Part shown: positions 16,405 through 24,615 of the stretch, piece by piece
Layout of the letters: the number at the start of each line of letters is the position of its first letter
Numbering within the stretch: position 1 is the first letter of the stretch
IMG/VR virus record: IMGVR_UViG_3300035493_000087
Location: 1 to 32,351 of that record
Reading direction: 5' to 3' (one strand)
Source: a virus
Taxonomy: Duplodnaviria; Caudoviricetes
Length of the DNA: 32,351 nucleotides
Made by a program: the position numbers and the translations under genes
The notes under the pieces: generated by a model
Database searches by the model: none
Seen by the model: only the letters and a program-made list of their open reading frames with translations
What the model was told of the DNA's origin: nothing

Positions 16405-17118
16405 ATGAATCAGATAATGAAAATCGACAACCTGAAGATCCGTACAGATGAGGAAGGGCGCTTTTGTCTGAATGATCTGCATAAGGCTGCGGGTGGATCC
16501 AAAGCACACCAGCCGTCCAACTTTACTCGGCGAGCTGAAACCACTGATCTGATTGACGAGATCATTAACTCCTCAGATTCGAGGAGTTTTGATTCGCCGA
16601 TGACCACTGTCGGTGGGCGCAATGGTGGTACCTACGTCTGCAAAGAGCTGGTGTATGCCTATGCCATGTGGATCAGTGCAGCGTTTCACCTGAAGGTGAT
16701 TCGTGCTTATGACGCGCTGATCGGCAACCAGGTGGAGCTGGCGCAGCAGCAGGTGCAGCGAGAGCGTGCCCGTCTGGAGTCTCGCTACCTGAATGACGCG
16801 GTAAAGTTCAATCGCCTGGATAACGGTCAGCCGGTCAAGCACTACCACTTTTCGAATGAATACGACCTGATCAACCGCATTGCGCTGGGTTGTACCGCAA
16901 AGCAGTTCCGTGCCCGTCATGGCCTGGCCGCCAATGAGGCGATCAGGGACCACCTGACGCCGCTTGAGATGCAGTGCATTACCCACCTGCAGAACATCGA
17001 CACGGGCCTGATTGAAGCCGGGATGACCTTTGATCAGCGCAAGAAGCGGCTTTCCCGAATTTATATGCAGCGATACGCAGCCCGACTGTGCGCTGAAGTT
17101 GAGCGGCTGGAGGCGTAA
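16405..17118 (+). CDS. KilA-N domain protein (antirepressor-like)
   Basis: IRTDEEGRFCLNDLHKAAGG...GGTYVCKELVYAYAMWISAAFHLKVIRAYD. Confidence 0.9.
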   Translation: MNQIMKIDNLKIRTDEEGRFCLNDLHKAAGGSKAHQPSNFTRRAETTDLIDEIINSSDSRSFDSPMTTVGGRNGGTYVCKELVYAYAMWISAAFHLKVIRAYDALIGNQVELAQQQVQRERARLESRYLNDAVKFNRLDNGQPVKHYHFSNEYDLINRIALGCTAKQFRARHGLAANEAIRDHLTPLEMQCITHLQNIDTGLIEAGMTFDQRKKRLSRIYMQRYAARLCAEVERLEA

Positions 17119-17122
17119 TACA

Positions 17123-18031
17123 GTGAGCATGACGCTGATGGTAGAGGCCATGAAGGCCAAGGTCGGTAACCCAGGGCGCAAGCTGGTGCTGGTTAAGCTG
17201 GCCGACAATGCAAACGACAAGGGCGAGTGCTGGCCGTCATACCAGCATGTGGCTGATCAGTGTGAGATGGGGCGCAGTACGGTGAAGTCGCACATCAAGG
17301 CGCTGGAAGAGGCTGGCTTTTTGACGGTTGTGGAGCGTAACGGCGGTGTCAGCAGCAACAAGTATCGCCTGCACATCACCAAGGGCAAGACTGAAGAAAA
17401 ACCGAAACAGACCCGGTCAAATCCTGACCCGGTCAAGAATAAACCCGGTCAGTATTCAGCCGCCCCCCGGTCAGAATCTGATACACCCCCCCGGTCAAAT
17501 CCTGACCCCAGAACCAGTCACTCTTTTGAACCAGTCATTGAACCTGTTGATGACGCTGGCGCGTCCAGCAGCACGCAGGCGGTCGATTGCGCTGATCAGC
17601 ATGTCGACGACACCGATGTCGTCGAGACCGGTGAAGATCCGTTCCTGTCCAACCTGTTCAGCCCTGAACCCAGTGAGACGCTGCCGGCTACCACGGCCAC
17701 TGCCGCACCGGCAGGAGCTGGCCACCGCTTCGCAATGCACTTCGAGTGGGTGCCGACCGAGTGGTTTACCGAGCGTTGCCGCACCGCAGGTGTGAGCCTG
17801 CAGCGTCTCGAGCCTGCCCAGCAAGAAGAAATCCTGGGTGAATTCCGGAGCTACTGGGAGGCCCGGGGCGATCAGGCGACGCAGGCCCAGTGGGAGCACA
17901 AGCTGCTGCGCCAGCTGCAACGGGTGATCGGTCAGGCTGCAGGCAACACGCCCGGTCAGCCAGCATCGCGCCAGCAGAAACGCGCGGCAGTCACCGAGGC
18001 GATCATGGATATCAACGACACGGACTGGTGA
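17123..18031 (+). CDS. Phage replication initiator (HTH N-terminus, DnaT-like C-terminus)
   Basis: MSMTLMVEAMKAKVGNPGRKLVLVKLADNANDKGECWPSY...; C-terminal FAMHFEWVP...EFRSYW...QWEHKL; internal iterons. Confidence 0.85.
   Translation: MSMTLMVEAMKAKVGNPGRKLVLVKLADNANDKGECWPSYQHVADQCEMGRSTVKSHIKALEEAGFLTVVERNGGVSSNKYRLHITKGKTEEKPKQTRSNPDPVKNKPGQYSAAPRSESDTPPRSNPDPRTSHSFEPVIEPVDDAGASSSTQAVDCADQHVDDTDVVETGEDPFLSNLFSPEPSETLPATTATAAPAGAGHRFAMHFEWVPTEWFTERCRTAGVSLQRLEPAQQEEILGEFRSYWEARGDQATQAQWEHKLLRQLQRVIGQAAGNTPGQPASRQQKRAAVTEAIMDINDTDW
17412..17509 (+). repeat. Replication origin iterons
   Basis: CCCGGTCA occurs five times (17412, 17428, 17444, 17466, 17490); the first and last read CCCGGTCAAATCCTGACCC. 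They lie inside the initiator gene, as in lambda O. Confidence 0.8.
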
Positions 18032-18036
18032 CCAGC

Positions 18037-18270
18037 ATGAGCCGAGAACAGGACCGCATTATCACTGACCAGCAGCAGGCGCTGCGCAAGGCACACCAGG
18101 CGTTGAGCCTGCAGAAGCAGCAGATCCACGATATGGCCGCGATGTTTGCTGGCGCTCTGAGTGAATTTTGCATGCAGATCGAAAACGGCCGTCCGCAATG
18201 CGCTGCTGACCGCATGCGCCAGCTGCAGGCTCAAATCCAGAAGGAGATCCACATTGACAGCAATCACTGA
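18037..18270 (+). CDS. Hypothetical protein
   Basis: Follows the initiator; in-frame GTG at 18028 overlaps its stop. Confidence 0.55.
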   Translation: MSREQDRIITDQQQALRKAHQALSLQKQQIHDMAAMFAGALSEFCMQIENGRPQCAADRMRQLQAQIQKEIHIDSNH

Positions 18271-18484
18271 TGGCCTGATTACCGAGGCCGACCGGCTGGT
18301 GCTGGTGAACGCGATCATCGAGCGGGGCAATGCCTCGACCACTCACCAACTGGTTGCGCTGGCGCTGAAGCTGGGCGTTGCGCCCGAAACACTGGAAGCC
18401 GCGGCACAGTGGAATGATGACTGCGCTCTGGCTGAAACAGAGGTATCGGCAAGAATCAGGGGGTGCCTGAGTGAGTGCGGCTGA
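18254..18484 (+). CDS. Hypothetical protein
   Basis: TTG start after AAGGAG. Confidence 0.5.
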   Translation: MTAITDGLITEADRLVLVNAIIERGNASTTHQLVALALKLGVAPETLEAAAQWNDDCALAETEVSARIRGCLSECG

Positions 18485-18656
18485 ACAAGTGGTCAACGGG
18501 ATTGATGTGGTGGCGCTGGTGAAGTACCTGCGCACGCTGGATACGCCGCACAGCCGGAAGCAGGCGTTTGCCTGGGAGACGAAACGCTTGTCGCCCATGA
18601 GTCGCCGCGAAGTCGAGAAGGCCATGCGTGAAGAATGGAAGAGGGCGGCTCAATGA
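18471..18656 (+). CDS. Hypothetical protein
   Basis: Coupled ORF with an ATGA overlap onto the next gene. Confidence 0.55.
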   Translation: MSAAEQVVNGIDVVALVKYLRTLDTPHSRKQAFAWETKRLSPMSRREVEKAMREEWKRAAQ

Positions 18657-19174
18657 CCGGACTGGTGATCGGGATCGATCCCGACCTTGAGAAGAGCGGC
18701 GTGGGTGTGGCGTCTGATGGTCGGCTGGTTGATCTGCATTCTATGGACCTGTTCGACCTGTGCCTGCTCATCGATAAGCAGCATGCTCTGGGGGCGCGGT
18801 TTGTGCTTGAGGATGTGGAATCGATGAAACCGACATTTCCTCGACAGTTGAAGGCCGGCAACCGCCAGGCGCAGATCTCGAAGATCAGCCAGAACGTGGG
18901 GCAGGTGAAGGCGATCGCTCGGGTGGTGCGCAAGTATCTGGATCGGGTCGGGGCTGACTATGTGATGGTTAAGCCGTTGACCGGCGCTGATCGGTACATT
19001 GATGCAAGTGGCCGGCAGCGGCTGTTCTACTTCAAGACCACCGGCGGTTACAAGGGCGTCAAAGATGATGCCGACCTGTTCAACCAGGTAACCGGCTGGA
19101 CAGGCAAGAGCAATGAGGACAAGCGCGATGCCGCTATGCTGGCGCTGTATGGATTGAGGAGAGCCCGTGCGTAA
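18653..19174 (+). CDS. RuvC-like Holliday junction resolvase
   Basis: VIGIDPD..KSGVG, VLED and SNEDKRDAAML (RNase H-fold acidic residues). Confidence 0.75.
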   Translation: MTGLVIGIDPDLEKSGVGVASDGRLVDLHSMDLFDLCLLIDKQHALGARFVLEDVESMKPTFPRQLKAGNRQAQISKISQNVGQVKAIARVVRKYLDRVGADYVMVKPLTGADRYIDASGRQRLFYFKTTGGYKGVKDDADLFNQVTGWTGKSNEDKRDAAMLALYGLRRARA

Positions 19175-19448
19175 ACCGAAACTGAAAAGCCGTCCGCTGA
19201 ATATCGAGATGCCGACCGGCGAGCGTTGCAATACCTGTTTTGGCACCGGGGTGATCAGTGGCGCGGTGTCTGAGTACATTTGTGGTGAGTGCGGAGGGCT
19301 GGGGCTGGTGAGCACTGATCAGGACTACTTTGCGGACCTGAATGACGCGCTGGCCAGTAAGTGCGTGGCGCTGGCGCGTGAGAACCGCGCACTGCGTGAG
19401 AGTTTGAGGCCGAGCGACAAGGGCAGTATTGGCAGCAAGATCGACTGA
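19167..19448 (+). CDS. Zinc-finger protein (CxxCxGxG repeats)
   Basis: CNTCFGTG...CGECGGLG. Confidence 0.65.
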   Translation: MRKPKLKSRPLNIEMPTGERCNTCFGTGVISGAVSEYICGECGGLGLVSTDQDYFADLNDALASKCVALARENRALRESLRPSDKGSIGSKID

Positions 19449-19463
19449 GAGAAGGGCGGACTG

Positions 19464-20006
19464 ATGGCGATCGACAAGGAAATGCGCAAACGGATCGACA
19501 ACCTGCTGGCGGTGTACCTGAACCACCTGGAGCGCCACGAAGCAGGCTGGCACTCGGAAAACGATCTTCAGCGCCTTGCCGACTACAAGGGCGACCTGCC
19601 CCCGCCGTCCGGTTTTGATCGGTCGAATGCGGCCATGATTGCGGCGCTTGGCATGACTCGGCAGCAGCATGCACAGCTGGTCAAGATCGAGTACCTGCTG
19701 GGCAAGCCTGTCCGGTGTCAGGACTGCGGCAAGGGCAATGATGCGCGCTGCGCCAGCTGCTCGGGGCTGGGGGTGCGACTGGTGAAAGGGGTGGTGAAGA
19801 ATGAGTATGCCATGGTGCTGCTGGCTGAGCGGTATTGGGTGCGGGATACCGCCAGCGTGGTCAGCGCCAGGCTTGGCTTGAGCGATCGCCAGTATGTGCA
19901 GCGCCTGATGCGCGCACGGGAGGCGCTGGCGCAGGAGATCGAGACGATTGATCGGATTCGACAGATGGTTTTGGAAGCGGAAGGACTGAGGGGTGTAAGT
20001 GCATGA
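19464..20006 (+). CDS. Q-like late antiterminator/activator
   Basis: Position after the resolvase, a CQDC...CASCSGLG zinc finger and a C-terminal HTH (SARLGLSDRQYVQRLMRAR). Confidence 0.65.
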   Translation: MAIDKEMRKRIDNLLAVYLNHLERHEAGWHSENDLQRLADYKGDLPPPSGFDRSNAAMIAALGMTRQQHAQLVKIEYLLGKPVRCQDCGKGNDARCASCSGLGVRLVKGVVKNEYAMVLLAERYWVRDTASVVSARLGLSDRQYVQRLMRAREALAQEIETIDRIRQMVLEAEGLRGVSA

Positions 20007-20473
20007 TTTTCAACTTTGATACAGATGAGCATGAAACAGCGGTGGCGGCTCTGGTGGTGTATGCCATCTACCGCAGCCGCGACAAGCGCCGGTTCAAGGT
20101 GAGCCCTGAAATGTGGGGCCAGATCGAGCGATTCACCAAGGCTTCGGCCAAGCGGGCGATCAACCTGCCGCGGTTCATGGATAGCATGATGCCGCGCATG
20201 CAATGCCCGTCAATCAACCCGAAATGGATGGAGGTCGGCATTAAAGGCGGGCTGCTGGCGCGTGAGAATTCAGCAGGTGGTACCGAGTTCATTGAGTTCA
20301 AGGCGGATGACAGCCGGGAGTTTATGACGCAGGTGCTGAACGGTGTGGATCACATGAGCGTGATCAACAAGCTCTACAAAGAAACTCAGTGGGTGGTGCT
20401 GTTGGTGCGTGAGCGCCTTGAGCGTGAAAAGCCGATTGAGTCATCTCTCATCATTGAAGAGGAATCCCTGTAA
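20003..20473 (+). CDS. Small helical subunit (Cas11-like) of the type IV-like complex
   Basis: 156-aa helical protein immediately upstream of csf2 (TAATG overlap), the usual position of the IV-B small subunit. Confidence 0.65.
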   Translation: MIFNFDTDEHETAVAALVVYAIYRSRDKRRFKVSPEMWGQIERFTKASAKRAINLPRFMDSMMPRMQCPSINPKWMEVGIKGGLLARENSAGGTEFIEFKADDSREFMTQVLNGVDHMSVINKLYKETQWVVLLVRERLEREKPIESSLIIEEESL

Positions 20474-21459
20474 TGAAGGGTCTGAAGCATTTTCGTATTT
20501 TCGGGCAGTTTACTACCCAGTCCCCGCTGTCCCATATCGGGGAAACCATCAGCACCACGACCTATCTGGTCGAGGAGCCCATTCTGCAGCCGTCTGGCGA
20601 GATCGAGCCGGTGTTCTGCTACAACGGCAATGCATGGCGTGGCCAGCTGCGCGATCTGGCGGCTCAGTACATGCTGGACAAGCTCGGTTGCACGGTGTCG
20701 TTGGAGGCGTTCCACCTGCTGTTCTCGGGTGGACGTATCGGCGGTGATCAGTCGGTGGATATCAACCAGGCTCGCCAAATGCGCCGGGTGGTGCCGATGA
20801 TCGGCCTGTTCGGTGGTGGTGTGGGCAACCAGATCATGCCGGGCAAGCTACGCGTGAGCTCAAGTTATCCGGTCTGCCGAGAGGCGTTGCCGGTACTCCC
20901 GGATGATCTGCATGCATCAGCGCTGGCGGTGAGTTACCGGCAGCTGACGATGGAAAAGAGCTACACCCGCATGGATGACAGCAAGAATGACAAGCTGACC
21001 GACCAACTGATCAGCGCTGTGGATGCGCCCCTGCTGGAGGGCGGCAAGGGCAAGAAGAAGGAAGGTGAGGCCAGCACGCAGATGCGCATGACCAGCGAGC
21101 TGTTGATCCCGGGTGTGGTGCTGCACCACGAGATCGATTGCTTGGATGTGTCGCTGATCGAGCTGGGAGCGCTGGTGTCGGCCATGAATGCGTTTGCGGC
21201 CAGCCCGTACATCGGCGGTCAGTGCAACCGTGGTCACGGACGGGTGAAGTACACCAGCACGATTCTGGATATGGAAACCGGCGAAACGCACGACTTCATC
21301 AAGGTGGATGGCGGTCTGGCCAAGCTGTCACAGCCGGCGGCTGAGGCGAAAGAGGCCTATGACCAACACCTGCAGGAGCAGTACGACCAGTTCCTGGCGA
21401 AGTCTGAAACCGAAATCCGTGGGCTACTGGGAGCTGAGCAATGTGGATCTCTGTTTTGA
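20473..21459 (+). CDS. csf2: Type IV CRISPR backbone protein Csf2 (Cas7 family RAMP)
   Basis: SPLSH, NGNAWRGQLRD, LLFSGG, PMIGLFGG, GKLRV and a G-rich IGGQCNRGHGRV. Confidence 0.88.
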   Translation: MKGLKHFRIFGQFTTQSPLSHIGETISTTTYLVEEPILQPSGEIEPVFCYNGNAWRGQLRDLAAQYMLDKLGCTVSLEAFHLLFSGGRIGGDQSVDINQARQMRRVVPMIGLFGGGVGNQIMPGKLRVSSSYPVCREALPVLPDDLHASALAVSYRQLTMEKSYTRMDDSKNDKLTDQLISAVDAPLLEGGKGKKKEGEASTQMRMTSELLIPGVVLHHEIDCLDVSLIELGALVSAMNAFAASPYIGGQCNRGHGRVKYTSTILDMETGETHDFIKVDGGLAKLSQPAAEAKEAYDQHLQEQYDQFLAKSETEIRGLLGAEQCGSLF

Positions 21460-22016
21460 GGAAGCCGGATGTGCCGCAGTATGCCTATCACCAGTTCCTG
21501 TGGCAGTACTTCCCGGATCTGGACAATACAGACGCGCCGCGCCCGTTTCTGTTCCGGGTATTGGGCGAGTCAATTCTAATGCTGAGCCGGTTAAAACCGG
21601 CCACTCAGCATGCAGTTGAAATCAAGGACCGGCTTGTACCCGGCACTGTTTACCAGTTCGATCTGCTGGCCAACCCGGCACGTGGTGGCACGATCACGCT
21701 GGAGGATGGCACCAAGAAGCGGGTTCCGCGCAAATCGTATAAAGGCAACCAGGAACGCAAAGACTGGCTGCGCCGTCGGTTTGAAGATGCTGGCGCTGAT
21801 TTGACGCTGGTGCAGGTGTACGACCGCCCTCAGCGGCGTTTTCGCAAAGCAGATGGCCGTCAGATCGTGATTGATGATGTGATCTATCGCGGCACGCTGA
21901 AGGTGACGGATCGCTCGCTATTTGCTGACAAGCTTTTGCAGGGCTTTGGCGGTCGAGGTGCCTGGGGGTGTGGGTTGTTGGTATTGCCGGAGGTGATGAG
22001 TGGATTCGGCCATTGA
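21441..22016 (+). CDS. cas6e: Cas6e (Cse3/CasE)-like RNA endonuclease
   Basis: YAYHQFLWQYF, FLFR, YQFDLLANP, WLRRR, GTLKVTD and a C-terminal G-loop GFGGRGAWGCGLL. Confidence 0.85.
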   Translation: MWISVLRKPDVPQYAYHQFLWQYFPDLDNTDAPRPFLFRVLGESILMLSRLKPATQHAVEIKDRLVPGTVYQFDLLANPARGGTITLEDGTKKRVPRKSYKGNQERKDWLRRRFEDAGADLTLVQVYDRPQRRFRKADGRQIVIDDVIYRGTLKVTDRSLFADKLLQGFGGRGAWGCGLLVLPEVMSGFGH

Positions 22017-22395
22017 TTATTTCTCTGGCGAACTGTCATTCGTGGGTGCCGGACAGGTGTTTGCACGTCACCCAGGCGGTCTGTCGCCCTGGTATACCCG
22101 CCGGATTATGACTACCAAGGATCTGGCCGGCATATTGGGGCGCGATGAATCCACGCTGCGCCAGCAGGCAGGATGTGGGCAGTTGTCGGGTACGCGTGGA
22201 CGGAACGGCTGGCGTTTTTCATGGCAGGATGTCAGCGATTATGTGGCGGACGGACTATGGAAACCACAGGAACACCGATTTTGGACGCCTGAGGAGCTGG
22301 ATAAGCTGGCACGTGGTGAGCCTGTACCTGGTCGTTCGCCAATGGCCTGCCGGATCAAGCGCTCGAAAATCAGGAGAGAAGCATGCAAGCATTGA
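22000..22395 (+). CDS. DNA-binding protein: excisionase-type HTH plus Myb/SANT-like C-terminus
   Basis: MTTKDLAGILGRDESTLRQQAGCGQLSG...WRFS, then FWTPEELDKL...GRSPMACRIKR. Alternative start at 22108. Confidence 0.7.
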   Translation: MDSAIDYFSGELSFVGAGQVFARHPGGLSPWYTRRIMTTKDLAGILGRDESTLRQQAGCGQLSGTRGRNGWRFSWQDVSDYVADGLWKPQEHRFWTPEELDKLARGEPVPGRSPMACRIKRSKIRREACKH

Positions 22396-23051
22396 AAATT
22401 ACGGCAGAGCTAATGACAGGCTTCGCCAGCTCGGACCCATGGAGCCCTGCTATCGATGGCATTTTGGCCTATCAGTTTATGCGCGAGAAACTGGGCGATG
22501 AAGAGTTTGCGATCCGTTCACACCGTATGGACTTGCAGGAGCCTGTCTCAGGATTGCCGCTAGGTGTTGAGCAACACGGTGACCAGTGGTGGTATCAGTG
22601 TTCATTCCCTGAGTACACCAGTGTAGCGGAGGTCACGCGGCACACGCACCGTCGCTTTGATGCGCGTCAGGCTGAAAAGTACTGGGGCACGCCCGGTAAG
22701 AGCGGCAAGGTGCTGGTGGCGGCAGGGCCCTACAAAAACGCTCGATTGAAACTGCGCCAGCATGTGACGCCTGCTGTTACCTGGTACTGCATTGGCGATC
22801 AGGCTGAAATCGAGCGGCTGCTGGCGCGGGTGACGCACGTCGGGGCGCGTGTTGGCGCTGGATATGGCCGCGTACGTAAGTGGACAGTAGAACCGGCAGA
22901 GTGTGAAACGCTGGCGCGATTCCGTAGGGGCTTGCCGGTCGAGTTCGCGCAGGCTCATCAGCTGGAGGGACAGGAGATGATCCACGGTATCCGCCCACCT
23001 GTTCGCCATCCTGATAACAAGACGCTGTGCGTGATGGTGGCGCATGGATAA
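22383..23051 (+). CDS. csf3: Type IV CRISPR protein Csf3 (Cas5 family RAMP)
   Basis: LKITAEL, IDGILA, WYQCS, GPYK, WYCIGD...IERLL, G-loop VGARVGAGYGRV and RPP. Confidence 0.85.
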   Translation: MQALKITAELMTGFASSDPWSPAIDGILAYQFMREKLGDEEFAIRSHRMDLQEPVSGLPLGVEQHGDQWWYQCSFPEYTSVAEVTRHTHRRFDARQAEKYWGTPGKSGKVLVAAGPYKNARLKLRQHVTPAVTWYCIGDQAEIERLLARVTHVGARVGAGYGRVRKWTVEPAECETLARFRRGLPVEFAQAHQLEGQEMIHGIRPPVRHPDNKTLCVMVAHG

Positions 23052-23742
23052 GGCTCAGTCAGAGCGTGCCCGCTTGTACGCAAAGCTGCCGGTTTACCGC
23101 CGGCGGCTGGCACAGGCCATGGCAATTATCGAGGAGGGGCTGGAGCGATGCGATAGCCCCTATGTCGCCTGTTCATTCGGCAAGGATTCGGCCGTGGTGC
23201 TGCATATGGTGCGGCAGTTGGTGCCGGATGTGCAGGCACGGTTTATCAGCTGGCCGGAGACGGAGCTGCTGGGTGACTATGAGCGCGTGATGGGTGAATG
23301 GCGCGCACTGGGCGCTGATATTCGAGTGCTTAACCTGAGTCGCAAGACGCTGGATGAGAAGGTGGCCGACCGCTGGCTGCAGCTGCAGGCCGTTGAGCCG
23401 GCAGACGGGTATTTCTCGGGCATGCGGAAAGAAGAAAGTCGCGCAAGGCGGGTGATCCTGAATAGCCAGGGCGCTATCGCCTACATAAAGCAGAGTGGCA
23501 CAGTGCGGATCTGTCCGATCGCTGACTGGAAAACGGAGGATGTGGCTGCATATGTCGTTGAACACGACCTGCCCACGCTGAAAGCCTATAAAGATCATGG
23601 ATTTGAGACGCGAACTGCATCCAGAGTACCAAGAGCTGCATTCTCGATAAGGGAACAGGCGCTGGAGCAGCTGCGGCAGGATGATCCTGCTGCATATCGA
23701 CAACTGGAACAAATGTACCCGGAGGTGGCGCAGTGGCGGTGA
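23044..23742 (+). CDS. CysH/PAPS-reductase-like protein of type IV-B loci
   Basis: PP-loop SFGKDS, GMRKEESRAR and PIADWKTEDVAAY. Confidence 0.85.
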   Translation: MDKAQSERARLYAKLPVYRRRLAQAMAIIEEGLERCDSPYVACSFGKDSAVVLHMVRQLVPDVQARFISWPETELLGDYERVMGEWRALGADIRVLNLSRKTLDEKVADRWLQLQAVEPADGYFSGMRKEESRARRVILNSQGAIAYIKQSGTVRICPIADWKTEDVAAYVVEHDLPTLKAYKDHGFETRTASRVPRAAFSIREQALEQLRQDDPAAYRQLEQMYPEVAQWR

Positions 23743-24506
23743 GTATTACGCAGTGGTTTTGGCATGAGTGCCTAGGGATGGATAAATGGCTGCCGCCGGA
23801 GCCGAAATCCAAGAAAAAAGACCGTTTTGGCCCTGATCCGGATTGCTGGCTATGTGGTGGGCCAACGCATGGCAAGGGATGGCCCCTCAAGGACGGGATA
23901 CCGCCAACTTTCACTGATTTTAACCAGGCAAAAGCGCCATGGTCGCTAACGGCGTGTGGTGCCTGTGTGGCGATGTCGAGCAGTGCAGCCTATGGCCAGT
24001 ATGCTGAGCGCGAGGGTAAGCCGCTGACATTCCCGGTCAAAGAGGGCAAGAAGCCTCGGGCGTTGAACTGGCTCTATTTCAGTCATGTGGTGTCACCGAC
24101 CGAGTATCATCAGCCAGACCGCAAGCAGTGGCGCGATCTGCTACTGGAACCGCCTGAACCGCCATTCCTGATGGCAATGGCCGTAAACGGCAAAAAGCAT
24201 GTGATATTCCGGGGCATGACGAACAACAGTCGTGATCAATACGTAGTGCAGGCTGATGAGGAGCGCATCCATGTTGACCGGGCTCAGTTTTCCGAGATGC
24301 TGGCGCAGTTCGAGGAGGCGTATAACGCAGGGTTCAGCAAAGACAGCCTGTTGACCGGCCAGTACAACCAGGCAGCGATTATGTCTGCCGGGTTGTCGGT
24401 GTGGCGTCGGGTCGAGGAGCAGATGAGCCTCTGGCGACAGCATCATCCGGGGCTGCTCCAGCTGGCGCATTTCGTAGGGCAAAAAAAAGATTCAGAAAAC
24501 GTTTGA
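23733..24506 (+). CDS. csf1: Type IV CRISPR large subunit Csf1 (Cas8-like)
   Basis: CWLCG...FTD...CGAC zinc site, LLEPPEPPF and KKHVIFR. Confidence 0.85.
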   Translation: MAVSITQWFWHECLGMDKWLPPEPKSKKKDRFGPDPDCWLCGGPTHGKGWPLKDGIPPTFTDFNQAKAPWSLTACGACVAMSSSAAYGQYAEREGKPLTFPVKEGKKPRALNWLYFSHVVSPTEYHQPDRKQWRDLLLEPPEPPFLMAMAVNGKKHVIFRGMTNNSRDQYVVQADEERIHVDRAQFSEMLAQFEEAYNAGFSKDSLLTGQYNQAAIMSAGLSVWRRVEEQMSLWRQHHPGLLQLAHFVGQKKDSENV

Positions 24507-24531
24507 CTCGGTATGACACCTGTCATACAAT
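24503..24531 (+). promoter_or_regulatory. Near-consensus sigma70 promoter with a palindromic operator
   Basis: TTGACT-17 bp-TACAAT. GTATGACA-CC-TGTCATAC (24511-24528) spans the spacer and the -10 element. Confidence 0.82.
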
Positions 24532-24615
24532 TAAAACGTGGTCAGGGATGACTGGCCACAAACCCTAACTCAGAGAGCCGAAGCGCATAAGCGGGTGAGG
24601 CAAAGGAGAAACACC

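Noticed and set aside
17412-17509. Short repeats considered as a CRISPR mini-array
   Set aside because: The spacing is only 16-24 bp and they lie inside the initiator ORF, which fits origin iterons.
20473-21459. Reading Csf2 as a phage major capsid protein
   Set aside because: It has RAMP motifs and Csf neighbours, and the head genes begin much later (portal at 31261).
23044-23742. Metabolic cysH or a Dnd phosphorothioation system
   Set aside because: There are no other cys or dnd genes, and the gene is embedded between csf3 and csf1.
24481-24488. A8 tract at the end of csf1 as a phase-variation switch
   Set aside because: It lies in the last few codons and more likely serves as an UP-like element for the following promoter.
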